Shown piece after piece: positions 38,164 through 47,738 of a stretch of 64,000 nt of DNA. The stretch comes from an uncultured Clostridia bacterium. Its GTDB lineage: Bacteria; Bacillota; Clostridia; Oscillospirales; JAAYOS01. Where the stretch lies: contig CANRJS010000002.1 of NCBI GenBank assembly GCA_947631015.1, forward strand, positions 67,726-131,725, read 5' to 3'. The notes below the pieces were generated by a model that was given only the letters and a program-made list of their open reading frames with translations, did not search any database and was not told where the DNA came from. Numbering within the stretch: position 1 is the stretch's first letter; each line of letters begins with the position of its first letter. Made by a program: the position numbers and the translations under genes.

Positions 38164-39609
38164 ATGCAGACGGCCGAAAAATGGCTCTCGCGCTGCTTTC
38201 TCGCGGCGTTTCTCATAGCGGCGGCATCGCTTCTGCTCCGCAGCTGGGTCTGCGCCGCGGCAAGCGTCCTGTGTGTCTTTGCCGTCCTGCTGAAGCACAG
38301 GCCGAAGCACTTTACGCTGTGGCTCGCGGCGGCGTGCGTGCTTGTGCGGCTTCTCGCCGTGCTCGTCATATCGCCGCCGATAATCACCGACTTTTCGCTG
38401 ATGTACAACACGGCGGAGGGACTTGTCCACGGCGACCGCTCCGTAATGGACATCGAGTATTTTCGCGTCTGGGCATACCAGACGCCGTTCGTGCTGTTCG
38501 AGGCGGCTCTGCTCTCGATATGGAACGACCCGATGTCGATAAAGCTCGTGAACGTGCTTCTCTCCTCGGGAACGGTCGTGCTTATGTACCGCATCCTCCG
38601 CGCTTATGTCCGTCCGGCCGCGGCGGAGACCGCAGGCCTTGCCGCCTGCGTGTTTCCGTTTTTTGTGACGCTGCCTACCATCCTCACAAACCAGATAGTT
38701 TCGCTTTTCTTCCTTGTGCTCGCGGTGTGGCTCCTCATCTCGCCGGATACCGGGCGGCTCCGTATGTGGCGCTTCCCGCTCTCGGGACTTTCCGCCGCCG
38801 TGGGCAACCTCATGCGGCCGGAAGGAATCATCGTTCTCACGGCGCTCGCCGTGTGGGCGCTCTTCAAGATCCTCTCCGACAGGCGGGCGCTGAAGCGCAT
38901 CGCCGCCGGGATGCTCGCCCTTATCGTCGTCTTTGTCTCGGCGGAGAAGGTGACTGACTTTGCCGTGCGGAAGAGCGGGCTCAACAGTCACGGCATCGAA
39001 AATCTCTATCCCGGTTGGAAATTTGTCCTCGGCCTCGATTTCAAGGACGGCGGCTCCTATTCCAATCCGTCGGTGACCTCGATGTGGTACAGGCTGCTCG
39101 GCACCTTCGACGACGATTGCCGTCCCACCGAGGCGACGTCTGTTCTGCAAAAGCAGCTCATCCGGGAAAACATGCCGCAGTCTCCGGGACAATGGTGCGA
39201 TTTCATGCTCGGCAAAATCGACTTCTTGTGGGCTTCCTCTGCGCTCTACTGGGTGACTCAGCACCTGGACAAAACGAGCTTCGTTACGGGTCAGATAGTT
39301 GAATTTACCGAGACCTTTGACCGCGCGCTGTTCTTCACGGCGCTGGCGCTCGCCGCGCTCGGCCTCGCGGCAAAGAAGCGCTCGGCGGATGAGCTGCTCC
39401 CCTACTTCGCGGTATTTGCGGCGTTTTTCGTGTATCTCTTTATCGAGGTGCAGCCGCGCTACGCGTACCTGCCGCAGATATTCGTATTTATGGGCATGGG
39501 CTTCGGGCTCGACTTCCTTGCGGAGAAGTTCGGCGGCGCCGTTGGAAACATAGCGGCGGCCGAAGCGCCTCGGCTCCCGGAGGACGGCTCCGCACATTCG
39601 GAGAAGTAA
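38164..39609 (+). CDS. Polytopic membrane protein, GT-C/PMT (GT39)-like glycosyltransferase
   Basis: About 11-13 hydrophobic segments, acidic residue in the first loop (ITDF), LMRPEG, EVQPRY motifs; family assignment from pattern only. Confidence 0.6.
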   Translation: MQTAEKWLSRCFLAAFLIAAASLLLRSWVCAAASVLCVFAVLLKHRPKHFTLWLAAACVLVRLLAVLVISPPIITDFSLMYNTAEGLVHGDRSVMDIEYFRVWAYQTPFVLFEAALLSIWNDPMSIKLVNVLLSSGTVVLMYRILRAYVRPAAAETAGLAACVFPFFVTLPTILTNQIVSLFFLVLAVWLLISPDTGRLRMWRFPLSGLSAAVGNLMRPEGIIVLTALAVWALFKILSDRRALKRIAAGMLALIVVFVSAEKVTDFAVRKSGLNSHGIENLYPGWKFVLGLDFKDGGSYSNPSVTSMWYRLLGTFDDDCRPTEATSVLQKQLIRENMPQSPGQWCDFMLGKIDFLWASSALYWVTQHLDKTSFVTGQIVEFTETFDRALFFTALALAALGLAAKKRSADELLPYFAVFAAFFVYLFIEVQPRYAYLPQIFVFMGMGFGLDFLAEKFGGAVGNIAAAEAPRLPEDGSAHSEK

Positions 39610-39691
39610 CGGCCTATGGCGCGGCGGGCGCGGCATCGCGCCCGCCGCGCTTTGCGTCCCGTCCTTTTTCGGCAGAATGACAAAATACGGC

Positions 39692-39720
39692 TTGCAAAAA
39701 GTCCTGTGTTAATGTATAAT
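39692..39720 (+). promoter_or_regulatory. Putative sigma-A promoter of the carboxylesterase
   Basis: TTGCAA-17 bp-TATAAT. Confidence 0.65.
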
Positions 39721-39781
39721 CGGTATAGTATTACGCGCACCCGAAAGTGCAGGAAATAATTATCGAGGAGGATCATCCGCA

Positions 39782-41341
39782 ATGGGAAAAACCTTTGTAT
39801 GCGACGAATCGACGACAGTAAAGACCAAGGCCGGTCTGCTTCAGGGCTTTAAGGTCGACGACATGTACGCCTTCTACGGCGTGAAGTATGCCGACGCCAA
39901 GCGTTTCCGGATGCCCACGCCGGTGGAGCCGTGGGAGGGTGTGAAGACCGCTCTCGCCTACGGCTACGTCAGCCCGATGCTCGGTCAGGACAACCCCTCG
40001 AACGAGCTGCTCGTCCCGCACCGCTACTGGCCGCTCGACGAGAACTGCCAGTACCTCAACGTCTGGACGCAGTCCCTCTCCCCGGACGCAAAGAAGCCGG
40101 TCCTCTTCTGGCTGCACGGCGGCGGATACGCGGCGGGCTCCTCAATAGAGCAGATTGCGTATGAGGGCGACAATATGAGCCGCCATGGCGACTGCGTCGT
40201 CGTCACGATAAACCACCGTCTGAACATACTCGGCTACCTCGACCTCTCCCCGTTCGGCGAGAAGTACAAGAACTCCGGCAACGCCGGCCATGCGGACATC
40301 GTCGCGGCGCTTCAGTGGGTGCATGACAACATCGCGCAGTTCGGCGGCGACCCGGACAACGTCACCGTCTTCGGACAGTCCGGCGGCGGCGGAAAGGTCA
40401 GCTGCCTGCTCCAGACCCCTGCGGCGGACGGGCTTTTCCATCGCGGGATAATCCAGAGCGGCGTCGCGAGCGGCAGCCTCCTCGGCGGCGGCGAGCGCAC
40501 CGAGGAGCAGAACGGCCGCGAGATAGTGAACGCCATGCTCCGCGAGCTCGGCCTTCCCGAAAACGACCCCGAGCCGCTTGAGACCATCCCCTACGCCGAC
40601 CTCGCCGCCGCGTACAACAAGGCGGCTCCCGCCATCCGCGCGAAGGGCGGCTACACCGGCTGCGCGCCGATAGCGGACGACTACTATGTCGGCGACCCGA
40701 TGATATACGGCTTCACCGAGCACGCAAAGACCGTTCCGATAATGGTAGGCACCGTCATGTGCGAGTTCCTCGGATTTGCCCCCGCCGGCCCGAACGAGAA
40801 CGACGAGGAGGCCACCCTTGCCGACATGAAGAAGATATTCGGCGAGTACGCCGACAGGGCCGTTGAGCTCTACCGCAAGGCGTTCCCCGGAAAGAAGCTC
40901 GCGTATCTCGCCAAGCTCGACGGACTCTTCCGCAAGGGCTCGTGGGAGTACGTCATGAAGAAGGCGGAGGTCTCGAGCGCGCCCGCCTACTCCTACATGT
41001 TTACATACGAGTTCCCGTATGCCGGCGGCAAGCCCGCGTGGCACTGCTCCGAGATACCGTTCGTGTTCCACAATGCGGAGCGCGTCGCGGTTTGCAGCGG
41101 CGGCGAGGACGTCGAGAAGATGCAGGAGAACATTTTCGAGTCGTGGATGTCCTTTGCGCGCACCGGCGACCCGGGTCACCCCGGCATTCCCGAGTGGAAG
41201 CCCTGCACCGGAGACGAGGAGCGCTGCATGAAGATGGATAAGACCTTCACGCAGGACACAAACTTCGACCACGAGCTGATGGAGATATTCCTCAAGCACG
41301 GCCCGAAGTTCGGCTTCGGCGAGGTCAAGGCCGAGCACTGA
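39782..41341 (+). CDS. Type-B carboxylesterase (PnbA-like)
   Basis: ENCQYLNVWT, WLHGGG, NHRLNILGY, FGGDPDNVTVFGQSGGG (GxSxG), AWHCSEIPFVF. Confidence 0.9.
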   Translation: MGKTFVCDESTTVKTKAGLLQGFKVDDMYAFYGVKYADAKRFRMPTPVEPWEGVKTALAYGYVSPMLGQDNPSNELLVPHRYWPLDENCQYLNVWTQSLSPDAKKPVLFWLHGGGYAAGSSIEQIAYEGDNMSRHGDCVVVTINHRLNILGYLDLSPFGEKYKNSGNAGHADIVAALQWVHDNIAQFGGDPDNVTVFGQSGGGGKVSCLLQTPAADGLFHRGIIQSGVASGSLLGGGERTEEQNGREIVNAMLRELGLPENDPEPLETIPYADLAAAYNKAAPAIRAKGGYTGCAPIADDYYVGDPMIYGFTEHAKTVPIMVGTVMCEFLGFAPAGPNENDEEATLADMKKIFGEYADRAVELYRKAFPGKKLAYLAKLDGLFRKGSWEYVMKKAEVSSAPAYSYMFTYEFPYAGGKPAWHCSEIPFVFHNAERVAVCSGGEDVEKMQENIFESWMSFARTGDPGHPGIPEWKPCTGDEERCMKMDKTFTQDTNFDHELMEIFLKHGPKFGFGEVKAEH

Positions 41342-41451
41342 GCGCGGCTCCAGAGTTTGTATTTTAACATCTGCCCCGCCGGAAGCGGTCTTCCGGCGGG
41401 GCTCTCAATTCGGGCGGAACTTCGTTCCGCCCACGGGAAGGAGGAACGGAT

Positions 41452-41670
41452 ATGTTGGCAAAGCTGAAAAAGATACTCAAAATAGCTCTCGAATATCTCA
41501 CCGCGATACTGCTCCTTGTCGCGTACATCTTCGGGCACGTCTTCAACTGGAAGAACTCGCCGTGGCTCATACTCGGCGTCGTCTGGGCGTGCGTTGCCAC
41601 GTGGGATCTTGTGCGCCTCATCCTCGCGGAGCGCAAGTTGAAGCAGGCGCAGGAGAATATGAAAAACTGA
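41452..41670 (+). CDS. Small hypothetical membrane protein (72 aa, two TM segments)
   Basis: Strong AAGGAGG RBS, host-like codon use, followed by a terminator. Confidence 0.65.
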   Translation: MLAKLKKILKIALEYLTAILLLVAYIFGHVFNWKNSPWLILGVVWACVATWDLVRLILAERKLKQAQENMKN

Positions 41671-41701
41671 AATGAGACGGCGCAGACGCGCTGCCGTTCA
41701 G

Positions 41702-41742
41702 AAAACACACGGAGAGGCGACGTTGCCTCTCCGTGTGTTTTT
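41702..41742. terminator. Bidirectional terminator
   Basis: AAAACACACGGAGAGGC-GACGTT-GCCTCTCCGTGTGTTTTT. Confidence 0.75.
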
Positions 41743-41762
41743 CTCCTACCCCGGCGGGCTGG

Positions 41763-43499
41763 TCACGGCTCCGTCACTATGCCGCTCTCGGTGAGGCGGA
41801 AGTCACTCACCGGCTCCGAGGAGACGGCGCATGTCTCGTCCGACTCGGTGTCAAAGCGCGTGAGTATGCCGGAGCGGTCCACGTAGAAGATGCTCCGTCC
41901 GTCGTAGGCGACGTTGCGGTTTGTGGGAATGTCGAGCGGGCTCATTCTCCCCGTGCTTATCTCCACGCGGCGGCCGCCCGTCCCCGGGACGTAGATATAT
42001 TCGTCGTCCACAATGAAGTCCGACCGGCCGAGCGGGTCCGGCGTGCCGCCGCCTATGTCTATCCCGAAGACCGTGTGCTGCGTGACCGTCTCGAAGACGA
42101 CCTCGGTTTTAAAGGTGTCGAGGTCGACACGCAGGAGCGAGGCGACATATGTCTTTCCCGAATCGTCTGCAAGGCTCCACCCGACGGACTCCGAGAACTC
42201 TCTTCGGAAGTAGACATATCTGCCCCGGGCGAAGAAATGCTCGATGTAGACCGCGCCGTCCACCGGAGCAAGCGGGTCGAGCGGAAGCGCCGTGACATTG
42301 CCGTCCCCGTCGCGCACGACCGGCCGCCCGTTCTCAGACGTGACCGTGAGGCCGCCGTACTCGTAAGCGGCGTTGTCGCGGCTGTTGTATATGACGTCCT
42401 CTTCCGGCGGCGCGGCGTCTCCGCACCCGCCGAGGAGAAAGCACAGCGCGAGGCCGAGCGCGGCGGTCTTCGGCAAAGCTCCGCGTCCGGCGGCGATATA
42501 GCCTCCGTACCGCCGTCGCAGCAGCAGGATGCAGACGGCGGTGACGAGCGCCGCGCCGAGCGCCACCGCCGCCGTCTGCGCCGCCGTCGCCTCGCGGAAG
42601 ACCGCGACGGTCTCACCGGAGGCGGCGTCTGCGGCGTACTCGCTGCCGCGCAGGAAGCCCACCGGCATCATCAGCGAGGACGGGAGCGGGAGCGCGTACT
42701 GCGTCTCCTGTCCGAGCCCTATCCACGGCAGGACGGCGGCGGCGCTCGCGAGGAACGCCGCGAGCGCGAACCGGCGGCAGTACGCCGAGAGGCAGAGCGT
42801 CACCGCCGCGAGCTCGAGCGAGCCGAGGAGCCGAAGCGCCGCCGCGAGCGCTTCCGCGCCGGCGAGCGTCAGCACCTTCTCCGCGCCGCCGAAGGCTTCC
42901 ACGCTCTGCATGGGGTAGTCCGGGTGCGGAAGGCCGTACTTCGCGGCGCAGAACACGAGGCGGATGAGGTCAGTCGAAAGCGACAGCGCGGCGGCCGCGG
43001 CGAGCGTGAGCGCCGTCTTCTGAAGGAGAAAGAGCCTCCTGCCGTTCCGCGAGGTGAGCGCGAGGCTCTCCATGCCGCTCGCCGCCTCGCCGCAGTATAC
43101 CGGCACCGAAAGAAGTATTATCGCCGCCGCAAGCGTCAGGTCAAGCGCTCGGTCGCGTAGGAGAGACGCCCAACCGTTTGCATCGAGGAAGAAGCGGTCC
43201 TCCTTTTCCTCGTTCACATAGCGGTACTGCTCGTAGATGACGTCGAGCCCCTCGGCGTACAGCCCGTCCGCGCCGCGAGCGGCCTCATGTTCGAGGAAGT
43301 CCGCCTTTTCGCGCGTCCACGCGCCGTCCACCTGCTCAAGGTAGTGCAGATACTGCTCGCGGTACAGCTCGGCGTCCGGGTTTGCGGGAAAGTCGGTAAG
43401 CACGCAGAGCAGCAGCTCCGCCGCGAGAAACAGCGCCGTCACGACCGCGCCCCGGTTCGTCCGGAGCAGCTTCCTTATCTCAAATCGCAGGAGCGTCAC
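41763..43499 (-). CDS. ABC-2-type permease fused to a C-terminal lipoprotein-like extracellular domain
   Basis: GTG start overlapping the upstream stop (GTGA); LLRFEIRKLL, GEAASGMESLALTSRNGRR permease motifs; internal LALCFLLGGC then ~220-aa hydrophilic domain. Confidence 0.7.
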   Translation of the reverse strand: MTLLRFEIRKLLRTNRGAVVTALFLAAELLLCVLTDFPANPDAELYREQYLHYLEQVDGAWTREKADFLEHEAARGADGLYAEGLDVIYEQYRYVNEEKEDRFFLDANGWASLLRDRALDLTLAAAIILLSVPVYCGEAASGMESLALTSRNGRRLFLLQKTALTLAAAAALSLSTDLIRLVFCAAKYGLPHPDYPMQSVEAFGGAEKVLTLAGAEALAAALRLLGSLELAAVTLCLSAYCRRFALAAFLASAAAVLPWIGLGQETQYALPLPSSLMMPVGFLRGSEYAADAASGETVAVFREATAAQTAAVALGAALVTAVCILLLRRRYGGYIAAGRGALPKTAALGLALCFLLGGCGDAAPPEEDVIYNSRDNAAYEYGGLTVTSENGRPVVRDGDGNVTALPLDPLAPVDGAVYIEHFFARGRYVYFRREFSESVGWSLADDSGKTYVASLLRVDLDTFKTEVVFETVTQHTVFGIDIGGGTPDPLGRSDFIVDDEYIYVPGTGGRRVEISTGRMSPLDIPTNRNVAYDGRSIFYVDRSGILTRFDTESDETCAVSSEPVSDFRLTESGIVTEP

Positions 43500-44701
43500 G
43501 CGAGCACCCCCTTCCGTATGTTGTTCCTGCCGCCGAGGAGCAGCGCGAGCGCGGCGGCGGTGAGGCCGAGGAGCACAGACATAACGAGCGCCGCCTGCCA
43601 CGTGAGCACCGGCACGCCGAGGACGTTTATAAACTCCGTCCTGCCGAAGAGCAGACGGTTTATGATAACGCAGTACGGGTTTACGGCTTTGAACAGAGCT
43701 TCGGACGAGTACCCCCATCGCACCCCCGCCGCCGTGCAGAGAATGAACGCCGCCGCGCCCGCGGCAAACGGCAGAAGTGCGTGCCGCCCCGCCTCGCTTA
43801 TGAGCAGGAACACCATCCCGAGCGCCCAGAAGCCGAGGGCGCGCGTAAGGGCGCTCACCGTGTAGAAGCCTAGAAGTGTCATCCCGACCGACGACGCCGC
43901 CATAGTCCCCTCCGCGTAGGCGGGGAGGCCGTTCGCTTCCGAGAGATTCAGAACAAGCCCAAAGCCGAGATAATCCACGGCGGAAAACCACAGCGGCACT
44001 GCGAGGGTGAACACCGTCGCCGCCGCGAGCTTTGCAAGGACGCTTGCCGCTCCGCCGCCGGGCGTCGCGAGCATCAGCTCGTCCATGCGGCATTCTCTGT
44101 CCCGTGCGAACGTCTGGCACAGCGCGTAGAGCAGGATGAGGAGCGCAAGCACGGCGGAGAAGTCGTAGGTGAGCAAGAGCCGGTACCCCTCGGTGTAGCG
44201 AAACTCCACGACGGCGCGGCCGGAATATATCCGCGCGACGGCGGCGTTCATCCGCGCCTCGTAGCCGCAGCCGAGGCGCGTGTACAGCGTCTCGTTCTCC
44301 CGCGCGAGGCGCACGACCGTCTCCGCGTCCCCGCAGCAGTTGTAGAAGCGACGCATCGGCGAAACGAAGTACCGCTCGAGCAGGTTGCGGTCGCTGTAAT
44401 AGTTGCCGGTGAGCGTTCCCTCCACGTCGCTGCGCGTGGTGGCGGTGATGTCGTTTGTTATCCACTCGAGGGGCTTGTAGAGGTCGAGCAGCGTGTTTAT
44501 CCTGTCAAGGGTTATCTCGCCGCTGTAATTGCCGTACTGCTCGCGGTAGACCCTTGCCCAGACCTCGTCGGTTCGCAGGAGAGAAGCGTCGTCCGCCACG
44601 GCGCGGATCTTCGCGAGGTCGAGGACGGTGAACACCGCGAGCGCTATGAACACCGGCGCGCGGAGAAAGAGCTTTCGGAGCTCAAAGCGGAAAAGTCTCA
44701 C
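43496..44701 (-). CDS. ABC-2-type permease
   Basis: MRLFRFELRKLF, RDRECRMDELMLATPGG..SVLAKL motif, multiple TMs. Confidence 0.8.
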   Translation of the reverse strand: MRLFRFELRKLFLRAPVFIALAVFTVLDLAKIRAVADDASLLRTDEVWARVYREQYGNYSGEITLDRINTLLDLYKPLEWITNDITATTRSDVEGTLTGNYYSDRNLLERYFVSPMRRFYNCCGDAETVVRLARENETLYTRLGCGYEARMNAAVARIYSGRAVVEFRYTEGYRLLLTYDFSAVLALLILLYALCQTFARDRECRMDELMLATPGGGAASVLAKLAAATVFTLAVPLWFSAVDYLGFGLVLNLSEANGLPAYAEGTMAASSVGMTLLGFYTVSALTRALGFWALGMVFLLISEAGRHALLPFAAGAAAFILCTAAGVRWGYSSEALFKAVNPYCVIINRLLFGRTEFINVLGVPVLTWQAALVMSVLLGLTAAALALLLGGRNNIRKGVLA

Positions 44702-45567
44702 AGTCCCGCCTCCCCGAAGTGCGCAAGAAACACGTCCTCAAGGTTCGGTTCCGCCGGTACCGCGTCGGGGTGCGGCTTTGCCCGCGAGACTATGCGGAGC
44801 ATGACGCCGTTCTCGCCACGCTGCATGTTGCTTATGATGCAGCGGTCGAAAGGAGCGAGGTCGGCGTCCTCCGGCAGAGCCACCGTCCAGACGAGCCCCG
44901 CGCACCCGCGCTCGAGTGCGCGCGGGCTGTCCTTGCATATCAGCTGCCCCTCCTTCAGGATGATGACCTCGTTTGCTATGAACTCCACGTCGGAGACGAT
45001 GTGAGTCGCGAGCAGCACCGTCCTGTCCTTCGAGAAGCGGGATATGAGGTTACGGAAGCGTATCCGCTCCTGCGGGTCAAGACCCGCCGTCGGCTCGTCG
45101 AGAATGAGTATAGCCGGGTCGGAGAGCATCGCCTGCGCTATGCCCACGCGCTGGCGCATACCCCCGGACAGCGCTCCTATCTTCTTCTCCTTTGCGTCCG
45201 AGAGGTTCACTATTTTAAGAAGCTCGTCCGCGCGCCGCCGTCCCTCCGCCGCCGGGATTCCCTTAAGCGCCGACATATAGTCGAGAAAGTCGGCCACGGT
45301 GAAGTCGCGGTAGAACTCCGGGTACTGCGGAAGATATCCAATCTTTGCGAGGAACTCCCGCCCGAGCGTTTTCACATCCGCTCCGTCGACGGTTATCCTG
45401 CCCGAGTCGGGCCGGTTCAGGCCGACGAGTACGCTTATAAGCGTTGTCTTTCCCGCGCCGTTTGCCCCGAGAAGTCCGCAGACGCCGTCCCCGAGCACGG
45501 CGGAGAAGTCGCGGAGGGCATACCTTCGGCGGTAGCTCTTCGAGATGTTTTCAAACCTTATCTCCAT
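44698..45567 (-). CDS. ABC transporter ATP-binding protein
   Basis: GANGAGKT, LSGGMRQR, ILDEPTAGLDP, ATHIVSD; start at ATG 45567. Confidence 0.92.
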   Translation of the reverse strand: MEIRFENISKSYRRRYALRDFSAVLGDGVCGLLGANGAGKTTLISVLVGLNRPDSGRITVDGADVKTLGREFLAKIGYLPQYPEFYRDFTVADFLDYMSALKGIPAAEGRRRADELLKIVNLSDAKEKKIGALSGGMRQRVGIAQAMLSDPAILILDEPTAGLDPQERIRFRNLISRFSKDRTVLLATHIVSDVEFIANEVIILKEGQLICKDSPRALERGCAGLVWTVALPEDADLAPFDRCIISNMQRGENGVMLRIVSRAKPHPDAVPAEPNLEDVFLAHFGEAGL

Positions 45568-45575
45568 ACCGCGCC

Positions 45576-47672
45576 TCACTCAAACGAGAGAGTGACGACC
45601 CGCGCGGGGACGTCCGCATAGCCGCCGAGCTTCACAAGGCACAGCTCAAGGTCGTCCATGAGCACCACGTTCGGCGCGCCGCCGAAGACGGCGCTGTCGT
45701 CGTCGGTTATGGTGTACTCAAGGCGAAGGCTGTCGTCCTCAGCGCCGTATATCCTCACCGTAAGTCCGCCGTCATAAGCGGTCGTGACGAAATACTCTCC
45801 GTCACGCGAGACGTACAGGTCTCCCCTGCCCTCCTGCGCGGAGTGCCCGAAGACCGTGTACGACAGGTCATTCATGTCGGCTATTGCCATCGCTCCGGAA
45901 GCGACGAAGAAGTTTTCGTTGAAGAACAGTTTCCCTCCGGCGTATCCCACCGCGCCCTGCGCGTCAAAGTCCTCAAACGACGCGCAGGCAAAACCGCTTC
46001 CGTCAATGCCGACGCTGCCGAAGCAGGAGCCCCCGGCAAAGATCACCCTTGAGGAATCCTCGCCAAACCACATATTTGTGACGAGCGTGAGGCCGCCGTT
46101 CTCCTCGCGGTGTCCGGCATCGACGGTGCGGAGGAGCGCCGCCTCCCCGCCGTCCCGGGCGAGGAGATAGATCCCTCCGTCCATGATGCTGAATGCGACG
46201 TGTCTGCCGTCCGGGGACACGGCATAACTCATGATGTGCCGGCCTTCGCCCGTGGGATCGGTGAGGGCAAACCTGTCGGTCTCAGCAAGCGTGGAGTCCA
46301 GGAACACGCAGACGGTTTCGCCGCGTGCGCCCTCTCCGAGCGCGACGGAGGCCGCCCCGCCGCTTGCCGCCTCTCCGACGGCGCAGAACCCGCCCTCCGT
46401 CGGGAAATACTCCGCGCCGGTAAGCTCGGGAAGCGAGCCTTCAGCTATGACCATGCCGGAGGCCAGGTCGTAAAGGCACAACCCGTCAGTTTTTCGTATC
46501 AGTATCTCGCTGCCCTCGCCGTACCACAGCGCGCGGACGGAGCCGTCCATAACATCCGCGAGGTCGAGGGGCGTGCCGGAAGGAGACGCTTCCGCCGGCG
46601 GCGCGGAGACGTCCGCGCCGCTTCCGCTCTGCCGCACAAATGCGAGCGAGCTGCTTTTTATGAACTCGGAGCGTCCCCCGCCGGATACTGCGGCGGCGTA
46701 GAAGGTGGTTATATCCCCAAGCTCGCTCACGCGGACGTCCGCCTCCACCCGCGCGACCTTGCCCTTCTCGAGCGTTATCTCCCAACAGTCCGCCGTCCCG
46801 TCGCCGAGCGGAGCGTGGTTTGCATAGAACGACACCTGTAAGGTCGTGCCCGGAACCCCGCAGAGCTCAAAGGCGACGCGGACGGTGTCCCGTCCCGTCA
46901 TATCGAGGTTGTCGTAGACCTTCTCGCCGTCGTAGCTGATAAACGTCAGAACCTCGGTATCGAGCCGGTCGAGCGGCGACTGTCCGCCCGAGGTCAGTCC
47001 TCCGCTTTCGAGGTTCCGCTCTATAAATTCCTCGGTCATGAGTTCGTTTGAGACCGCGACGTTTTCGAGCAGGACGTCCGCCGATACGTATGCACCGTCC
47101 TCTGGCGGGTCGGCTTTGAAAATGATGTCATATCCGGCGGACGCCGCGCCCTGATAGAAGCCGTAGCCGGAGGAATTTACCATATCCGGCTTGAATTGCG
47201 GGTAGTAGATGCTCGCTATCGTCGCCCTCACCGTCTCTCCGGCGCTTCCTGCGGCGGGAACAAAGGACAGGTCGAAGCGGTACTTCTCGTCGTCGTTTTG
47301 GAGATCGAAGATGTGCATATAGGCGTACTCGCCCTCTCCGTCTATCCGATAAGGCTGGGGGACGCCGTTCATGTACACGAGAAGACCGATGTTCTTTCCG
47401 GAACCGCTGCCGGTAACGTAGTAGGGAAGTTTGAGCTCGCCGCCGTCGTATGTAACGACACTCTCGCCGCCGTCCGGAAGGTCGATGCCGTGACCCATCG
47501 AGCCGAGCACGTCCGGCGGACCCTCGTAGTTGAAGGGGTTCTCCGCGGACGGTTCCGCGCTCTGCACGCCGCCGGGATCTGCCGACGGCTCCGCCTCGGC
47601 GGCGCAGCTACAGAGCAGAGCCGCCAGCACGCACACCGCCGCAATCATAATTGCCACAACATTTACTTTCAT
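45576..47672 (-). CDS. Large secreted lipoprotein, C-terminal beta-propeller-like, first gene of the ABC operon
   Basis: Signal peptide with LLCSC lipobox, AVSPDGRHVAF and VSRDGEY WD40/PD40-like repeats; AAGGAG RBS. Confidence 0.7.
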   Translation of the reverse strand: MKVNVVAIMIAAVCVLAALLCSCAAEAEPSADPGGVQSAEPSAENPFNYEGPPDVLGSMGHGIDLPDGGESVVTYDGGELKLPYYVTGSGSGKNIGLLVYMNGVPQPYRIDGEGEYAYMHIFDLQNDDEKYRFDLSFVPAAGSAGETVRATIASIYYPQFKPDMVNSSGYGFYQGAASAGYDIIFKADPPEDGAYVSADVLLENVAVSNELMTEEFIERNLESGGLTSGGQSPLDRLDTEVLTFISYDGEKVYDNLDMTGRDTVRVAFELCGVPGTTLQVSFYANHAPLGDGTADCWEITLEKGKVARVEADVRVSELGDITTFYAAAVSGGGRSEFIKSSSLAFVRQSGSGADVSAPPAEASPSGTPLDLADVMDGSVRALWYGEGSEILIRKTDGLCLYDLASGMVIAEGSLPELTGAEYFPTEGGFCAVGEAASGGAASVALGEGARGETVCVFLDSTLAETDRFALTDPTGEGRHIMSYAVSPDGRHVAFSIMDGGIYLLARDGGEAALLRTVDAGHREENGGLTLVTNMWFGEDSSRVIFAGGSCFGSVGIDGSGFACASFEDFDAQGAVGYAGGKLFFNENFFVASGAMAIADMNDLSYTVFGHSAQEGRGDLYVSRDGEYFVTTAYDGGLTVRIYGAEDDSLRLEYTITDDDSAVFGGAPNVVLMDDLELCLVKLGGYADVPARVVTLSFE

Positions 47673-47738
47673 ATATAGACGCTCCTTTCCTGTGTCTGAG
47701 GTCTATCATAGAAGGCAAAGGTCAAAAAACAGACAAAT

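Noticed and set aside
41763-44465. 900-aa ORF in the track
   Set aside because: The first 322 codons overlap the upstream permease in another frame and read as junk; the real gene starts at GTG 43499
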